Of a DNA stretch of 64,000 bases, positions 45,791 through 58,788 are shown piece after piece (positions within the stretch are counted from its first letter, which is position 1; every line of letters begins with the position of its first letter). The notes beneath the pieces are model-generated. The model had not been told where the DNA came from. It was given only the letters and a program-made list of their open reading frames with translations, and did no database searches. The stretch is from Schmidtea nova (lineage: Eukaryota): positions 349,680,001 through 349,744,000 of the forward strand of contig CM097883.1 of the NCBI GenBank assembly GCA_044892505.1, given 5' to 3'. Both the position numbers and the translations under genes were made by a program.

Positions 45791-46937
45791 TTCTGAATCT
45801 ACATATAAAGATGATCCCGGGTATTAGGCTTTGTACATGATTATGGATTGTAAAAGTAATATGTCGATATTCGATGATGTTCTGCATTATGGAAAAAGAG
45901 AATTGGAATTGAAATTTGAACTCAAAAACAATACGTAGAAAGTTGTACACAAAATTTTTATTGATTATTTTTCTACAAAAAGATTTAATTCATACTTCCA
46001 TTTCTCCTATTGTCTAAAATTTGGTCTAACTCGCCTAAAACCCATTCACCAAGGGATATTTCGGCTCCACCGAATTCACTTGCTATTGCTTCTCGTTAGG
46101 TGGCCCAGGGTCAATAGGTTTCCGGGTTAAAATAATCTATAATGGATTTCAATTTCGATTGTACAATAGATTTCTTGATATAAACAATTGAGGTCGATTT
46201 TATCTTCGACAATAGATTTCCGAATTGGAATTTGAACTATTGGTATTATGTTTCGTTCAAACAATAGATTTCCTGCTTTGGGTTTTCTTCAATTTTTATT
46301 TAAATAACGATATCGAGTGGTTTGCTCTCAGAAGAATTTCCCACATTTTTTTCGGGCCATTACGTGATCTTTTCTAGATGACTAATACTACTTATTTTTC
46401 TGAAAAACATATAATTGGTAGAAGTCTTGCAACCGATGCAATAAATTATCTCAACTGTTAAGCTTAATGAATGACTTTTATGAATCTTAAATGCGACGGC
46501 TTCACCTGGTAAATCCATTACTTCTGCACATCCTACAAAAATTAAAATACAAAATTTGTCCCTTTACTCAAAATTATAAATAATTAATGTCCTAATTCCC
46601 TTGTTACTTATCCTCCAAAATCTAGGTAAATTTACCGATGACTTAAACCATCCGTTCCACCTGTGCGGGACCGATGACTCGAGCAACCGAAGGTCAGCGA
46701 CCCGGGGGGTCGTCATGACCTTAAACATCATTAATATTTTAAATAAACTTATTCGCATGAAAACTAAAAATGCTAAATATATGAGGGGTTATCCGAAATA
46801 TTAATTAAATCATAATAAACAATGAATTACTAGTAATAAGTTGTATTTAACGATAAATACACAAATGTTCCAAATGTTTCCACTAATTACCAGTTTAAAG
46901 TGCGTTAGTTAAAAAGTGTTGTCTGTAAACTTTAAAG

Positions 46938-47122
46938 CAGTGGTTTCCAACCTTTCTGGTGTTGTGACTCCATGATAACATTTGCCAATTTGTGGCGACC
47001 CAAACAATAAAATCAATAGGGTTGCACTTCAGTTACAGCATTTTTGCAGCCTAATAGTATGATAATTATGTTTTGTCGACCCCTGACAAACTGTTACGCG
47101 ACTCCAAGGTTGGGAACCGCTG
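46938..47122. mobile_element. hAT (Charlie-like) MITE, 185 bp
   Basis: TIRs CAGTGGTTTCCAACCTT / AAGGTTGGGAACCGCTG and perfect 8-bp TSD CTTTAAAG. Confidence 0.92.
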
Positions 47123-49195
47123 CTTTAAAGTAAAATAGTGTGTAACAGATAAAAGTAAAAAATGTGTTAGAATACTGAAATTGGCTAGCCCTTATGTATT
47201 ATTTTGCTAATGCTGCCGGCCAATCAGCGTTCAGTTGCCCCCATAATTGGTTGAGAATATTAAATAATTTATCCAATTAAATTGGATTGTTTTATCTTTA
47301 TAAGCTTATCAGCATTAATCGATATCGGAATATCAACATAATTAATATTTGAAGTTGGATCATTTATTGGAACAACATTTTCAATTGGATTGGATGTAGT
47401 TGTTCCTAAAAATGATTTTAATTATTTATTTATAAAATATTAAAAATTTACCATCATAATTTTCATTATCATTAACTAATGACCAATCAATGACTTTTTA
47501 TGGAATCCCATAATTTTTGATCAAAATGATAACCTAAATAAATAAATGAATACTTGAATAAAAAAATATTAAAATTGCCAGATGATTTCGTCGACAAATC
47601 TAATGATTGGTCATCTTGAACTTGAGTTGATAAATAAATAAATTTAATTTAAATATAAAATATACCTAAATCCATATTAAAAGTCATATTGTTTGAGTTA
47701 GATGTATTTGATAAATCTGAAGCTAAATAAATATTAAAAAAATTTACCTTCTATATTAGACAAATTTTGTAAATCAAGTGCTCGTGAATAATTGTAAGTC
47801 TTGTTTTAGATGATGTGAAAATAAATGTGCAACGTAATATAAAAACAATATTTTATGAATCAACTAACGTGAATCGAGATTGAAAATAATTACTTAAGTC
47901 GCGGTATTTTAAAAGTATTTTAAAGTTTTATATCGTATTTTGACACTCAAGTTTTTAAGTATAAACATTATTAATATAGTTTAATATTCAAATGTACTCT
48001 TTAAACGAAAATGGTAATAATAATTTTGGTAAGATATTTTGCGGAATGAATTGATGAAATAACAGGAATAAATGTGTTTCCATCTATCAGAAATTTTAAT
48101 TCTATACAGGAGGAATATCATTATTTATCAGACACAGTATCATTTGATGAAAACGATATTGCTTAAGAATTGGATGAAACGGAATGTACAGGCAGGGCCG
48201 GCACTAGAGTATTTGGAACTATAAGTGATCATGTCGCACTGCGCTCCCCCACGCCCACGACAACTAAGATTGAATTAATATTAACTTTCACAAAGGAATG
48301 TTATGGCTCTTTTTGTTTTAATTCGCATTTGCATTCAATAGAAAGAATATAATAGAACATTTATAATCTATATAATGGTATATTCGTTTATACCGGTAAT
48401 GTAATTTCAAAACTTTATTTTTCGCGTTTTTGCTTTAGCAAATGTAGAAAAGAGTTCCATCAGTTCAATGTCTTTCGCAATATCATGTTCAATTGACAGA
48501 GTAGCTAGACCAACAAGTCTTTCTTGTAGATTGGACGTCCGCAAATATGTTTTTATCAGTTTGAGCTTAGAGAAGCTTCGCTTCTCACTAGCCACGGAAA
48601 CTGGAAGTGTCAAGAGAATTCACAGAGATATAAAAATGTTGGGGACACTATCTGTTAGATTATTTTTCAATATAAAGTTTAGTACAGTATGTGGCGATAC
48701 ACACCTTGCAACTCGTCTTGAAATGACTTTTAGTTCACTGCTTAGATCAACTGCATCAATATCTTTTGAGTTTCCATGTTGTTAAGCTTTTTCAAGATTC
48801 AAGCAATTGTTGAGGTCTCAAATATGTGTATTTGAAATCTCAACTGGGGGTGGTGATTCCTATATAAATAAATAAGACAATAAGATGTTCGTTTGAAAAG
48901 TTTTATTAAACAATAAAATTATTACTGATAAAAATTGTACACTGATTCAATCCTTTTTACTATTTCAATACAATTTTTCAAATTCAACTTTAAAATTCTT
49001 TTTACTGTTTAAAATTTTAGTTAATTTTATATATTTTTGACCAACTGGCCTATTTTAAAAGCTCTACAGGATTTGTACCTGAGAGAACAAAATTGTTCGC
49101 AGAAATTTTAAAACTAGATTTTATGGCAATTTGATTGAATTGCCTTCTCCTTTTATACCAAAATTTAACATACAAATTACATACATTATTAATAT

Positions 49196-52100
49196 TGGTG
49201 GGTTGTTGATCGTCAATATGACCTTGACGTTGCTATGGCTCGTGTCAACAACTCAACACATAAAACATTGGAATTACCATCTTGTTACCCGTCACTATGT
49301 AACGTTGGTACTGTAACAAGTGGGTGGGTAATCGCAATCAGTGAGCGTCGTCAATACGAAACTATGATTGACCGAATATCTCCTGGGTCCAAGGGCTACC
49401 GATAGAAGGTTTAATGCCCATTTTGTCCCTACTATGTATTATTTACTTCAGAAAAACTTCATGAACTTCATTTACTATTAAACCTCAGTTGATTTTACTA
49501 AATTTATTCCATACATCCCTTTATTCAATCCAATCATTCAAATCAATAAATCAAAAAAAAAACAAGAGAAAACTTTAATGTTAACAAAAAAAACAACAAC
49601 ACCAACTACAAAGAAAATAAATAGATACACGATAAAATATTCCTTGTCAATTAAATCACAAATGAGTAATGTCTATTACTTCTGAAGATTCCTTGCGAAT
49701 TTGTCCCAGCAGTCTCGCTTCCTGCCGACGTCTTCGGCGAGCCCTCACCCCTTTATTGGGTTTCTGTCTGGCTGTTTTGGCGGGAACAGGAGGTGTCGAT
49801 ATCTGTTCCTCGACCCTCACTGGGAACAACTCTTGAGACAGACAGGGTGGTTTTGGCAGGACGGCAGCAATGAGGCCACTGTCCAATCTCAGTGTTTCAT
49901 TTTGGGTTTCCAATTCCCGGATTGTGACTCGGCACGCCCGCAATCTCATTGCGTCGTCCGCAGCCTGCTGCAACAGCATCTGGTTTTGTTTGCGGAGTTT
50001 GTCGACGGTCTCTTTGTCCGACCACGTCGACTCCATCTCCCGACATCGCGCTCGGAACTTCTCCATCCGAGAAGTCATGATTTGTAGCGCATCTGTATTG
50101 GAGGTTTTCGCCCTCTCCATCTCGGCGAAACACTGGTCTACCCGACGATTATGGCGGGCATTTTCCACAATCAGTTTGTGTATCTTCTCGAATTTCTGCT
50201 CTATATTCATTCCGGACATCTAAAAATTATACAATCATAACCCATTCCAGTCGTCATTTGACATTCACTTTCAAATATTCATTTTAAATCAATAAAAATA
50301 AAATCATTTTGATCGATGAACATTCATCGATCTTTTACAACCAACTATTATACACAAAATTTATCTCAAATCACGCATTCATTATTGCTTACAATGTTTA
50401 CCCTCAAATATACCATAGCCAACTCAATTCGGAGATTAATTCTTCCTATAAAGATGCATCTATTCGGGGACTTTCAATCGCTGTTAACTTTATCAAATTA
50501 ACTATTATATTCAAAGTGGTGCAAATTTTTGTGTTTTCCATATTTAAAATTTAGAGAAACTTGATTTATATCCTAATCCTATTGTCTATCTTGCTTTATA
50601 AATCTTTAACATTTTATTAAAATTGATCATTTGGACTTTTCAAAAATTCGCCGAGGCCTTAGCAACGGTAATAATATACATTCTATAATTTGCATGTTAA
50701 TTTTATTCTGCTGATGATCCTCTTATTTATCAATTTTAATTTTATTTCCAATTTCGAATTAAATTTTTAATTAGGAAATCCGATCTCAACCGCAACTCCT
50801 TCAAAACCCTCAACGTTCCCCCGCAAAAAGGAGAAACTATATAAACGCCAAGCAAAAATTCCACGATTTCCATTGGTTAATTCACATTATGGGATTTTCA
50901 AATCCCATAATATATTCATTGATTTTTCAATTCCTATTTTTAGGAATGGATTTCCCCTTATGAAAATTTGTCGTTGGTAAGTTAATTTTTACTTTTCCTA
51001 CAATTTTATAATTATCATTCATTTCTTTAAGCCAATTGACAAACTCTCAATCCGATGCTGATTCCAGAAAATTGCATCAATCAGTTGAACAAGATCTCCT
51101 ATCAGAGTTAAAGTAATATTTCGTAATTTATTACATAATTCAGATTTAACGTGATTTAAGTTTTAGAAGTTGCCTTGGTGAAAATCAATTTTTCGTCTGG
51201 GAAGGAAATTGGCTCTGCAATGAGGGACTTAGTATGTGATTCCGAATCTTTTTCACATACGTACTGCTAGTTCCTGCACTCCTCCAGGTTCGAATAGCAA
51301 CTTTTGTCAACTGGATTTTTTCAATTCCATCGCACTGTGATATTTCTCATTTCGTCACTCAAGGAAATTATGATCGTAGATTTATTTATGGAATTTTTCT
51401 TTCTGCTACTTGTGATGTGAAGTTTCGAACCCGATTTTAGTCCGATAACTATAGTAAGTAGATGTAGTCGACATGTTACATTTTGATAAATAAATTATTT
51501 ACTATTTGGATGTTTTCTTTTCTTAACTTGATAACGTTTATCATATATTAACTATTGTTATTAGCACTTTTTAGTTTAGCATGATACAATTGGAAAGTGA
51601 TATTTTTAGGAGTTAGACTGGGGAAATTAATACTCAAACATGAAATATTATTGAAAGGTAGTCCGAGAAGCTTAACATACTTCACCCTTTTCCCATGCAC
51701 AGTTAGCCACTAATTTTACTAAGAGTCGGAAAAAATTTGATTTGTAACCAGTTTATTGGTATAAGAATTTGGTTTTCTAAATAGGTAGTGGGAAAGTTAG
51801 GATATTGCATTAAAAGGCGAGAAATGGGGTAAGAAACTGACATTGCCACCTGGATGTAGATTACTGCTGTTAGGTATATTTAGCAAAGGAAGGTGAACTG
51901 ATCTCGATAAATATGTAGAGGATCTAAATCTCGTGTGTGGCGTGATTGATGTAGATGCAGATTGTTGGATACAATGATCGAGTGTGGTTTGTGAATAGGC
52001 ATGTTGTGTTTTATAATGCAATTTCTATATGGGATGTCGTATTTTGTTGTGGTATGGGGAAATGTAGTGATTGTAAGTTTGTGTGTATGTATATATTATT

Positions 52101-54798
52101 ATAAGTCTGCAATACCTATCGTATTGTTATAATTTTTTGTGATTTGCGTGTGTTTGTATGTTGGGAATGATACTGTGGTAATATGCTATAAACAATAGAT
52201 GAATATTATATGAATATTTGAGGGGATCGTCTGGATGTGTGTGTGCTAGTGTATATTGTTAAATAAAACCACGATGTGTATGTTGGTGAGCGGATGTATG
52301 GTTTATGGGATTATTTATTATAGAAAATCCTATTGATCGAAATGTGGTAGTGTGTGTGTGTGTTGGTGAATGTATTTTGTATTGTATTAAATATGGGTGT
52401 TACTATTGAATGAAATGGATGTAAATTTTTGCAAATAGGGATGCATTATGATTTGGAGATATCGTGGGGGTATTTTATGAAGTAATATAAATTTATATAT
52501 ACAAAATATTTTCAGAATTAAAATAATAATAATATTTTTATTATGGTTTTATAAATTTATAACTTTATGAAAATAATAAAATTTCTAAATTTTTATAATA
52601 TACATTTTGAATTCAAATTCTTATATTTTAATATATATATTAATCGTAAAATTTTCCTATAAAATCTCGAACTTAGAATTTTAAAAGATGATAAAAATTG
52701 TTAATATAATAATAATATTCTCGATTTACAATTTTTATGGGTTTCAATACAAGTTTTGATTTATAAATTCTTAGGAATTTTATAAAATGACAAAATCTTT
52801 TATATAATAACAGTGTCTTAGATTGGTAATTTTTAGGGGTTTGATATAATTTTTGATTTACAAATTCTTTTGAAACAAATTTTTTGGTTCACAATTTTTT
52901 ATTATAAAATTTTTTCAATATAATAAAAAGTAAATTTTTATTTTTGATCAACACGAAATCCACATAATAATAAAATTCTTATCCATAAATTTAGAAATCC
53001 AAATAAGCATTCAACCTAAAAGTTTTATATACTAAATAAAAATAAAATAAGTTATCAATTTTTCAACGAATAATTTTTTCGACATCGAGTAAAGTGAACT
53101 TCGATTTCGTTCGAGCATGAATTTCCCAACCAAAGTGCGCGCGAATTTTTCGGGACACTTCCTTTAGGAACTTCAGGCTCCCGAAAACAAGGTTCACTAG
53201 AGAAAATTATTTAGATAATATATGAGGTTTAATTCAGATTAATCAACACTTGTCTTCACAGTTCATTTCATTATATCAGTTTTGAGCATTATTTCATATG
53301 ATTCTTTTTCCAACATTAGCTTCCATTTACTTGCGTTTCGGATAAGATGACAGTTGTTGCGAGAGTGAAGGCGACGACGAGTAAAATGTTCTTGTACAAT
53401 TATTTTTCCTAATGGAAAAGACATTGCTGGAGAAAATCGTCTTTACGTTTACATGTGGTATTAATTTTTAAATGATAAATATGTCAGAAATTATAAATTC
53501 AGATAAACTACATTTATTATAAATTAAATATCATTAATATAACAACTTGCTTTTGGCCAAGCCACTGTTCCCCAGTTGGGATGAAGTGAACATGGATGTT
53601 TAGCCTATTCACCTGGACTCGGAAATATGGGCTGATCGATTTACGTATCGAACCAGCGATCCGCTCAGGCTACTTCCACCCGATTGGCACAAGGCCAGAC
53701 ACAGGCTTCAGGGGGTACGGAAGTAAAAAAAAATTAATTATACTTGTCTTTCTGCAACCAAATTTTTAAATAAATATTAATTTAATATGGGTATTTGTGA
53801 CAGTAAAACATATAGAATTAACATTTCATATAGATTTAGTGGAATAATTTATTCAATAATAAAAAAAATTGATATTACATATGAGTTAAATTCATAATAA
53901 ATAAATAAATGAATAATTAAATATATAAAATAACTAAAATACTGGGCATGAGATGATCAACGGGCATGACGCTTGATGATCTCATCCCCAGGAAAAGATT
54001 AAAAATAAAAATAACCTCTTACGTTACTGTTCCACAATGCGGGATAATATTACAAATTTTTCACAAATTCTTTCTTTAAAAATTTAAATTCAAATTCTGC
54101 TCAGTTCTAAATACGGTTAAATTGAAAATCTTACGATTCTAAAAATTTTCCACTAAATTCTGATTATTGCCATTTTGATGACGGTATATATACCATCGAT
54201 TTTTGTCACCTTCACCAGTGTAATAAAACAAATTATTCTAGAATTTTCCTTTTAATTTTTCTAATTTAATTCTAATGATTTTCCGAAAATTAAATCCATA
54301 TTTTTGTGTAATAATTTTTTACAAAACACAAATAATTTATTTTAATTCAAATTTTTTATTTTTGAATCGAAAATTGTTCGATTTGATTTAATTTACGATA
54401 TTTCAATTAATATTAGTTCTTTTTATTGTTAATGTGAAATATTTTGATAAAATCACAATTTTCGGCTAAAATTTTGTTAATTTTTTCTGCATGAAGGTTT
54501 TATAACACAATTTCGTTTTTTATGGGTATTTTCAATGGGTTTTCCGCCTATTCTAACTTTTAAACGTTCTTCTTTTGATGGCATTTGATTTTTCTCGAGG
54601 TTTCAATGTAAGGGCTTTCAGACTCACAGCTAGCGCGTTCTCTACTGGTTGATGTGTTTTGAGTCCACTTCACCTTTTGGTGTTTTCCACTTAATCGTTT
54701 GGATTTTTAATGGATATTTGGGTTAAAACTGAATCTTGCGCGCTCTCTACCTATTGGTTTATCGCTTTATTAAAACAATTTGTGGTTTTTGCCCAACA
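49196..54798 (-). mobile_element. Solo LTR of family C (5.6 kb, may contain further nested DNA)
   Basis: TGGTGGG...GCCCAACA termini, 4-bp TSD ATAT, shared motif near the left end, and right part homologous to 660-1946. Confidence 0.75.
49656..50219 (-). CDS. LTR C-encoded coiled-coil protein with Arg-rich tail (187 aa)
   Basis: Intact GC-rich ORF ending KGVRARRRRRQEARLLGQ. Confidence 0.65.
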   Translation of the reverse strand: MSGMNIEQKFEKIHKLIVENARHNRRVDQCFAEMERAKTSNTDALQIMTSRMEKFRARCREMESTWSDKETVDKLRKQNQMLLQQAADDAMRLRACRVTIRELETQNETLRLDSGLIAAVLPKPPCLSQELFPVRVEEQISTPPVPAKTARQKPNKGVRARRRRRQEARLLGQIRKESSEVIDITHL

Positions 54799-56302
54799 AT
54801 ATCTATATTTACAATTATTGATAATTCCAAACTGAAACAATTATTGAAAATAGAAAATCTGACATTTACAATTATTGAAAATTCCAAATTGAAAATCTAA
54901 TTATTGAAAATTCCCAAATAGCGAAATATGATATTTATATAAAATAATTTCTAAGTTCTAATACATTGTAAATTCCTAATAATAAATAAAATCAATCAAA
55001 ATCAATTAAATCAAGCATGCTCAGAGATAAAATCAATAAAAATTAATAAAATAATTAAAGTCAAGCAAGCTCAAAAGTAAATAATGAAATAGTCATGTTA
55101 ATCAGTTCAAATGTTGGGGCTTGCTTTGCATTGACAGACACTAGTTAACTGATGATCACAAAGATTGATAGAGTGAATTAGAGTTTTTGATAGTTTATAG
55201 TTATTTTTGGATCACAAACATTGATAGAGTGAATTAGAGTTTTAGATAGTTTATAGTTATTTTTCGAAAGGGATTTCTGATGATTTGATTAAGATGATTG
55301 AAACGGACGATTAGGCGGACAATTAATGCTTTGAATGATTGAGATTGAGATGACTGAGATTTGATCGGGGATTACTTTTCTAGATAGATATTTATTCGGT
55401 ATCTATTGTTACCAATATGATAATATTTATTGATTTTGAATGCCTCTATGGGTCTTCCCTCGTCATCCAACACAATGTTCCATAACTTACTTACTAGTTT
55501 TATTCTGCAAACTGTGAACATTATAGAGGAAACCAAACACAGAACTAATTTTTTGCATCATACTGAATCTTTCTTCAACCGATTGTCGCATATGATCATC
55601 AAATTTGGTCCAAATAGCTGGATCGCCATAGTTAACAAATAAACCAGTAAAATTATCGATTTTATGCACTTCAGATTTTGATTCTTGGTGCGTATCGTCC
55701 ATTTCATTTTGTTGTTCAACCTTTTCTGATATTGTCATTTTGTTGGATTCCTCCGCTTCCTTGTCTGCTTCGGCTTGATTGTTTAACTCCTTTGGACTAC
55801 CTTCGTCTCTGTGCGGTGTAGATAGATACTTTTACAACGAGTCTCCTTGCTTTGTTACGTCTTTTTCTTTTTCAGCCCGTCGTTTACGATACTGTGCACC
55901 AGACAATCGTTTTCTCTCTGCCATTGGAGATTGAAATAACGACGGAAACTGCAAAATAAAATTTTATTATGATTTAGCTACTATTTTTCTATATTATTAA
56001 TTCATTTTTGTAAAATAAATAAAATATAAATAAAATAATTACAATTTACATATTCAAATTTAAATATTTAAATCAAATGATTTTAAATATAACGTTGTAC
56101 AAAAGTAAAACTAAATATCTTACTTAAAGTATTTGAGTAGCCAGTCGACGACAATCGAATTTCAAATATTTAATTTATTTTCAATATTTATATTATATTT
56201 ACACTCCAGATTTTGATTTCGAAATGACGTCACCGGATGTGGCGTTATTTCCCATAACGTAAGTAAGCAAACTAGTGATCATATTTATACTATGCAATAT
56301 AA

Positions 56303-58788
56303 TAAGGTGACCAACTATTTTTTGTTCAAAAAGAGTACATTTGGCAAGTATTTCATAGGTGAAAAAAAGAAGAAGAAAAACTGACAAAAACTTTATTTTC
56401 TTTTAAAAACATATTTTTTTTCGGAGTGGATTTTTGTGCTAAATGAGGTTGTTCGTCTAATAAAGTAGCCACATCAAAACAACTTTCATTTTGCATATTA
56501 AATTTGACTGTTAAGACGGCAGATAATGTTTTTACTGAAAGTTGCGACTTCTCACTGCTCCAATAATCATTCCCCAATGAAAATACCCTTTCAACTGCAG
56601 CATTAGTGCCTGACAACATAAAGAAATTTCTATTAAAACTTTCAATTTTTCATGTGTGATATGTTCTAGTCTAAAATGCTGAAAATTTTCTACCCACCTT
56701 TTGTCAAGTTCTATTTTCTCATCGTTCCATTGCTTCAATTTTTCTTCATTTAAATATAAATTTACTCTTCGAATTTCTTCAAACAGAAAATTGTCATTAA
56801 TATCAATATCTTTTACTTCCTTCATTACAAATTCGAATGCTGAAGAAACTATTTTACTATTCAGAAGGGTCCATTTGAAACAATTTAATGCTCTAAAGTT
56901 CACTATCCATTCTTCGATATATTCATAGCAAATTTTATAAAAATTCTTAAATTCTTTTAAAAGATCTTTTTTTATTCCGGGATTGGAATCTTCCAAAACG
57001 GCCAGCTTATTCTTTAGAATTAGTGGTAAAAATTCACCATTAAATCTTGATTTACATTGCAGTATGAAATCGTTTAATATAGTACAAACTTCTGCTGCTG
57101 AGATTTTATCTCCTTCAATTTGTAAAGTAATTTTATGAAACAACGACGCCTGACTGTGAATAAAATAAAGCATAGGTTCTGACATATCGTTTTGAAAGAG
57201 TTTTTTCAGAATTGTAGGACATTTGTCAAGGGTTAAAAAATATGAGCGTAGTGGATCATATAACTGCAAAACGCGTTCCAATGCTGGAGTTAAAGCAAGC
57301 CATCTAACTTTGGAATAACCAAGAAGTTTTTTGAATTGGACACCAGCCTCTTCACAAAATTCTTTTAAACTTGCTACCGATTGAAATATAAATATATATT
57401 TGAAATAATTACTTCCACATCTATCGACATTGAACTTGATGCTGTATTGATGGCATTTGATATAACGTGAGCATTACAACCAATCCCCAAAATGTTTCTT
57501 TTCAGAAAATCTTGTAATTTTGTGTACACATTATTGACACCTTTACGGCTGCGTCCTCCAAAATTAGTATTTGTGTTATCAGCCGAGAGGGCCACAATTT
57601 TCTTATTCAAATTGTTGTCTGTTATAACTTGAAATAAGTGATTAGACAAAATGTCTGATGTTTCCCCTTCGATTGATTCCAAATTTAAAATCTTAATTTG
57701 AATACCGTTCTTAATATCGAAATACCTTACTAAAATTGGATAAAGTTTTATTTCATTGTGATTCAATGCGTCTGATAGAATAGATATATATGATACAGAA
57801 TCCAGATTTTCTGATAGCATTTTCTTGCAGTATTCATTAAACACGCTGGTTCCGATAGACTCACATTTTGTTCGCGCACAAGAAAATTTTTCGTCACAGA
57901 ATTTTTTAAATAATTTAGTAGTGCAGTCCATGCTGCGAAAACTTTGATTATGGATTATTGTGTGATAAGCGAAAGTACCCTCCATAACTGCCAATTTTTT
58001 TTCATTAGTTCCAAAAGTATTCCCTTTAAAAATGTTCTCAATTTGGATGTTGACGCTGCTGTGTCATGAGACGTTTTATGTACTTTAGTTTTCGATGTGT
58101 GCCGTTACTGCACTACGCCCATGAATTGCAATTGAAAATTCCCTATTGCAGATTGTGCATTTTACCAAGGAGTCATCATTTCGATTTGTAACTACAATGA
58201 ACGAAAACTCCTTTTTTAAATTTTCGTTTAACCGATTTTTCCTTCTTTTGTTATCCCTCATATTTGAATTAATAATCTAAAAATTATATTAGTAATAATA
58301 TTACTTTTTATTTTGATTTCAAATAAATATTATAATCTGATATTATTTAAGTAAATTGAAAATGAAACTATAATATTAATACTTACATGCAACTTAACTT
58401 TCACTAGATAAATAAAATAAAATTTTTATTTTGTGCACCTCAAATCTTGTTAACTTGAACAAAAAGTACGAAATTGTTGGTTTTCTCTAACTTCAAATTA
58501 ATTAAACAGAAAGGGAATTCCCATGAAACTTTGCCATACATATTACGCAATGCGTCAAGACGGTCAAGCATTCCGTACATATTGCACATCAAAGATCAGC
58601 CTGGGTATAGCGTACACAAATATTGGAGAGATAGAATTTAAATATTTAATTAATAAAGTTGAAATAAAATAGTCTAAAAAATGTTTTAGAAATACAAATG
58701 AGTACTTTCAGAGTACAGGATTTGAAAAGAGTACGGTTTGCGAAAAAAGAGTACAAAACTCAGTAAATGAGTACAGTTGGACACCTTA
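56303..58788 (-). mobile_element. hAT element (Blackjack-like TIRs) with fragmented transposase
   Basis: TIRs TAAGGTGACCAACT / AGTTGGACACCTTA and GAGTAC subterminal repeats. BED-like CTICNREFS..H..H, EGTFAYHT..H.QSFRSMDC, GCNAH, SKVRWL and GTNAAVERVFS motifs spread over ORFs 56353-57994. No clear TSD. Confidence 0.8.

Larger units (their letters stand above)
48808..55472 (-). mobile_element. Diverged solo LTR of family D (~1.06 kb net) carrying a nested family C LTR
   Basis: TGTTGAGGTCTCAAATA...TCATCCAACA termini homologous to the element D LTR, with 4-bp TSD CAAT. Retains coding VLDDEGRPIEAFKINKYY..YRINIY. Confidence 0.82.
48193..55950 (-). mobile_element. Internally deleted hAT (Tip100/ZMYM1-like) element split by nested LTRs
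   Basis: CAGGGCCGG terminus at 48193; dimerisation domain LPVSVASEKRSFSKLKLIK (48407-48613); N-terminus MAERKRLSGAQYRK near 55920. Reading continues across the CAAT TSD. Right boundary not found. Confidence 0.75.
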
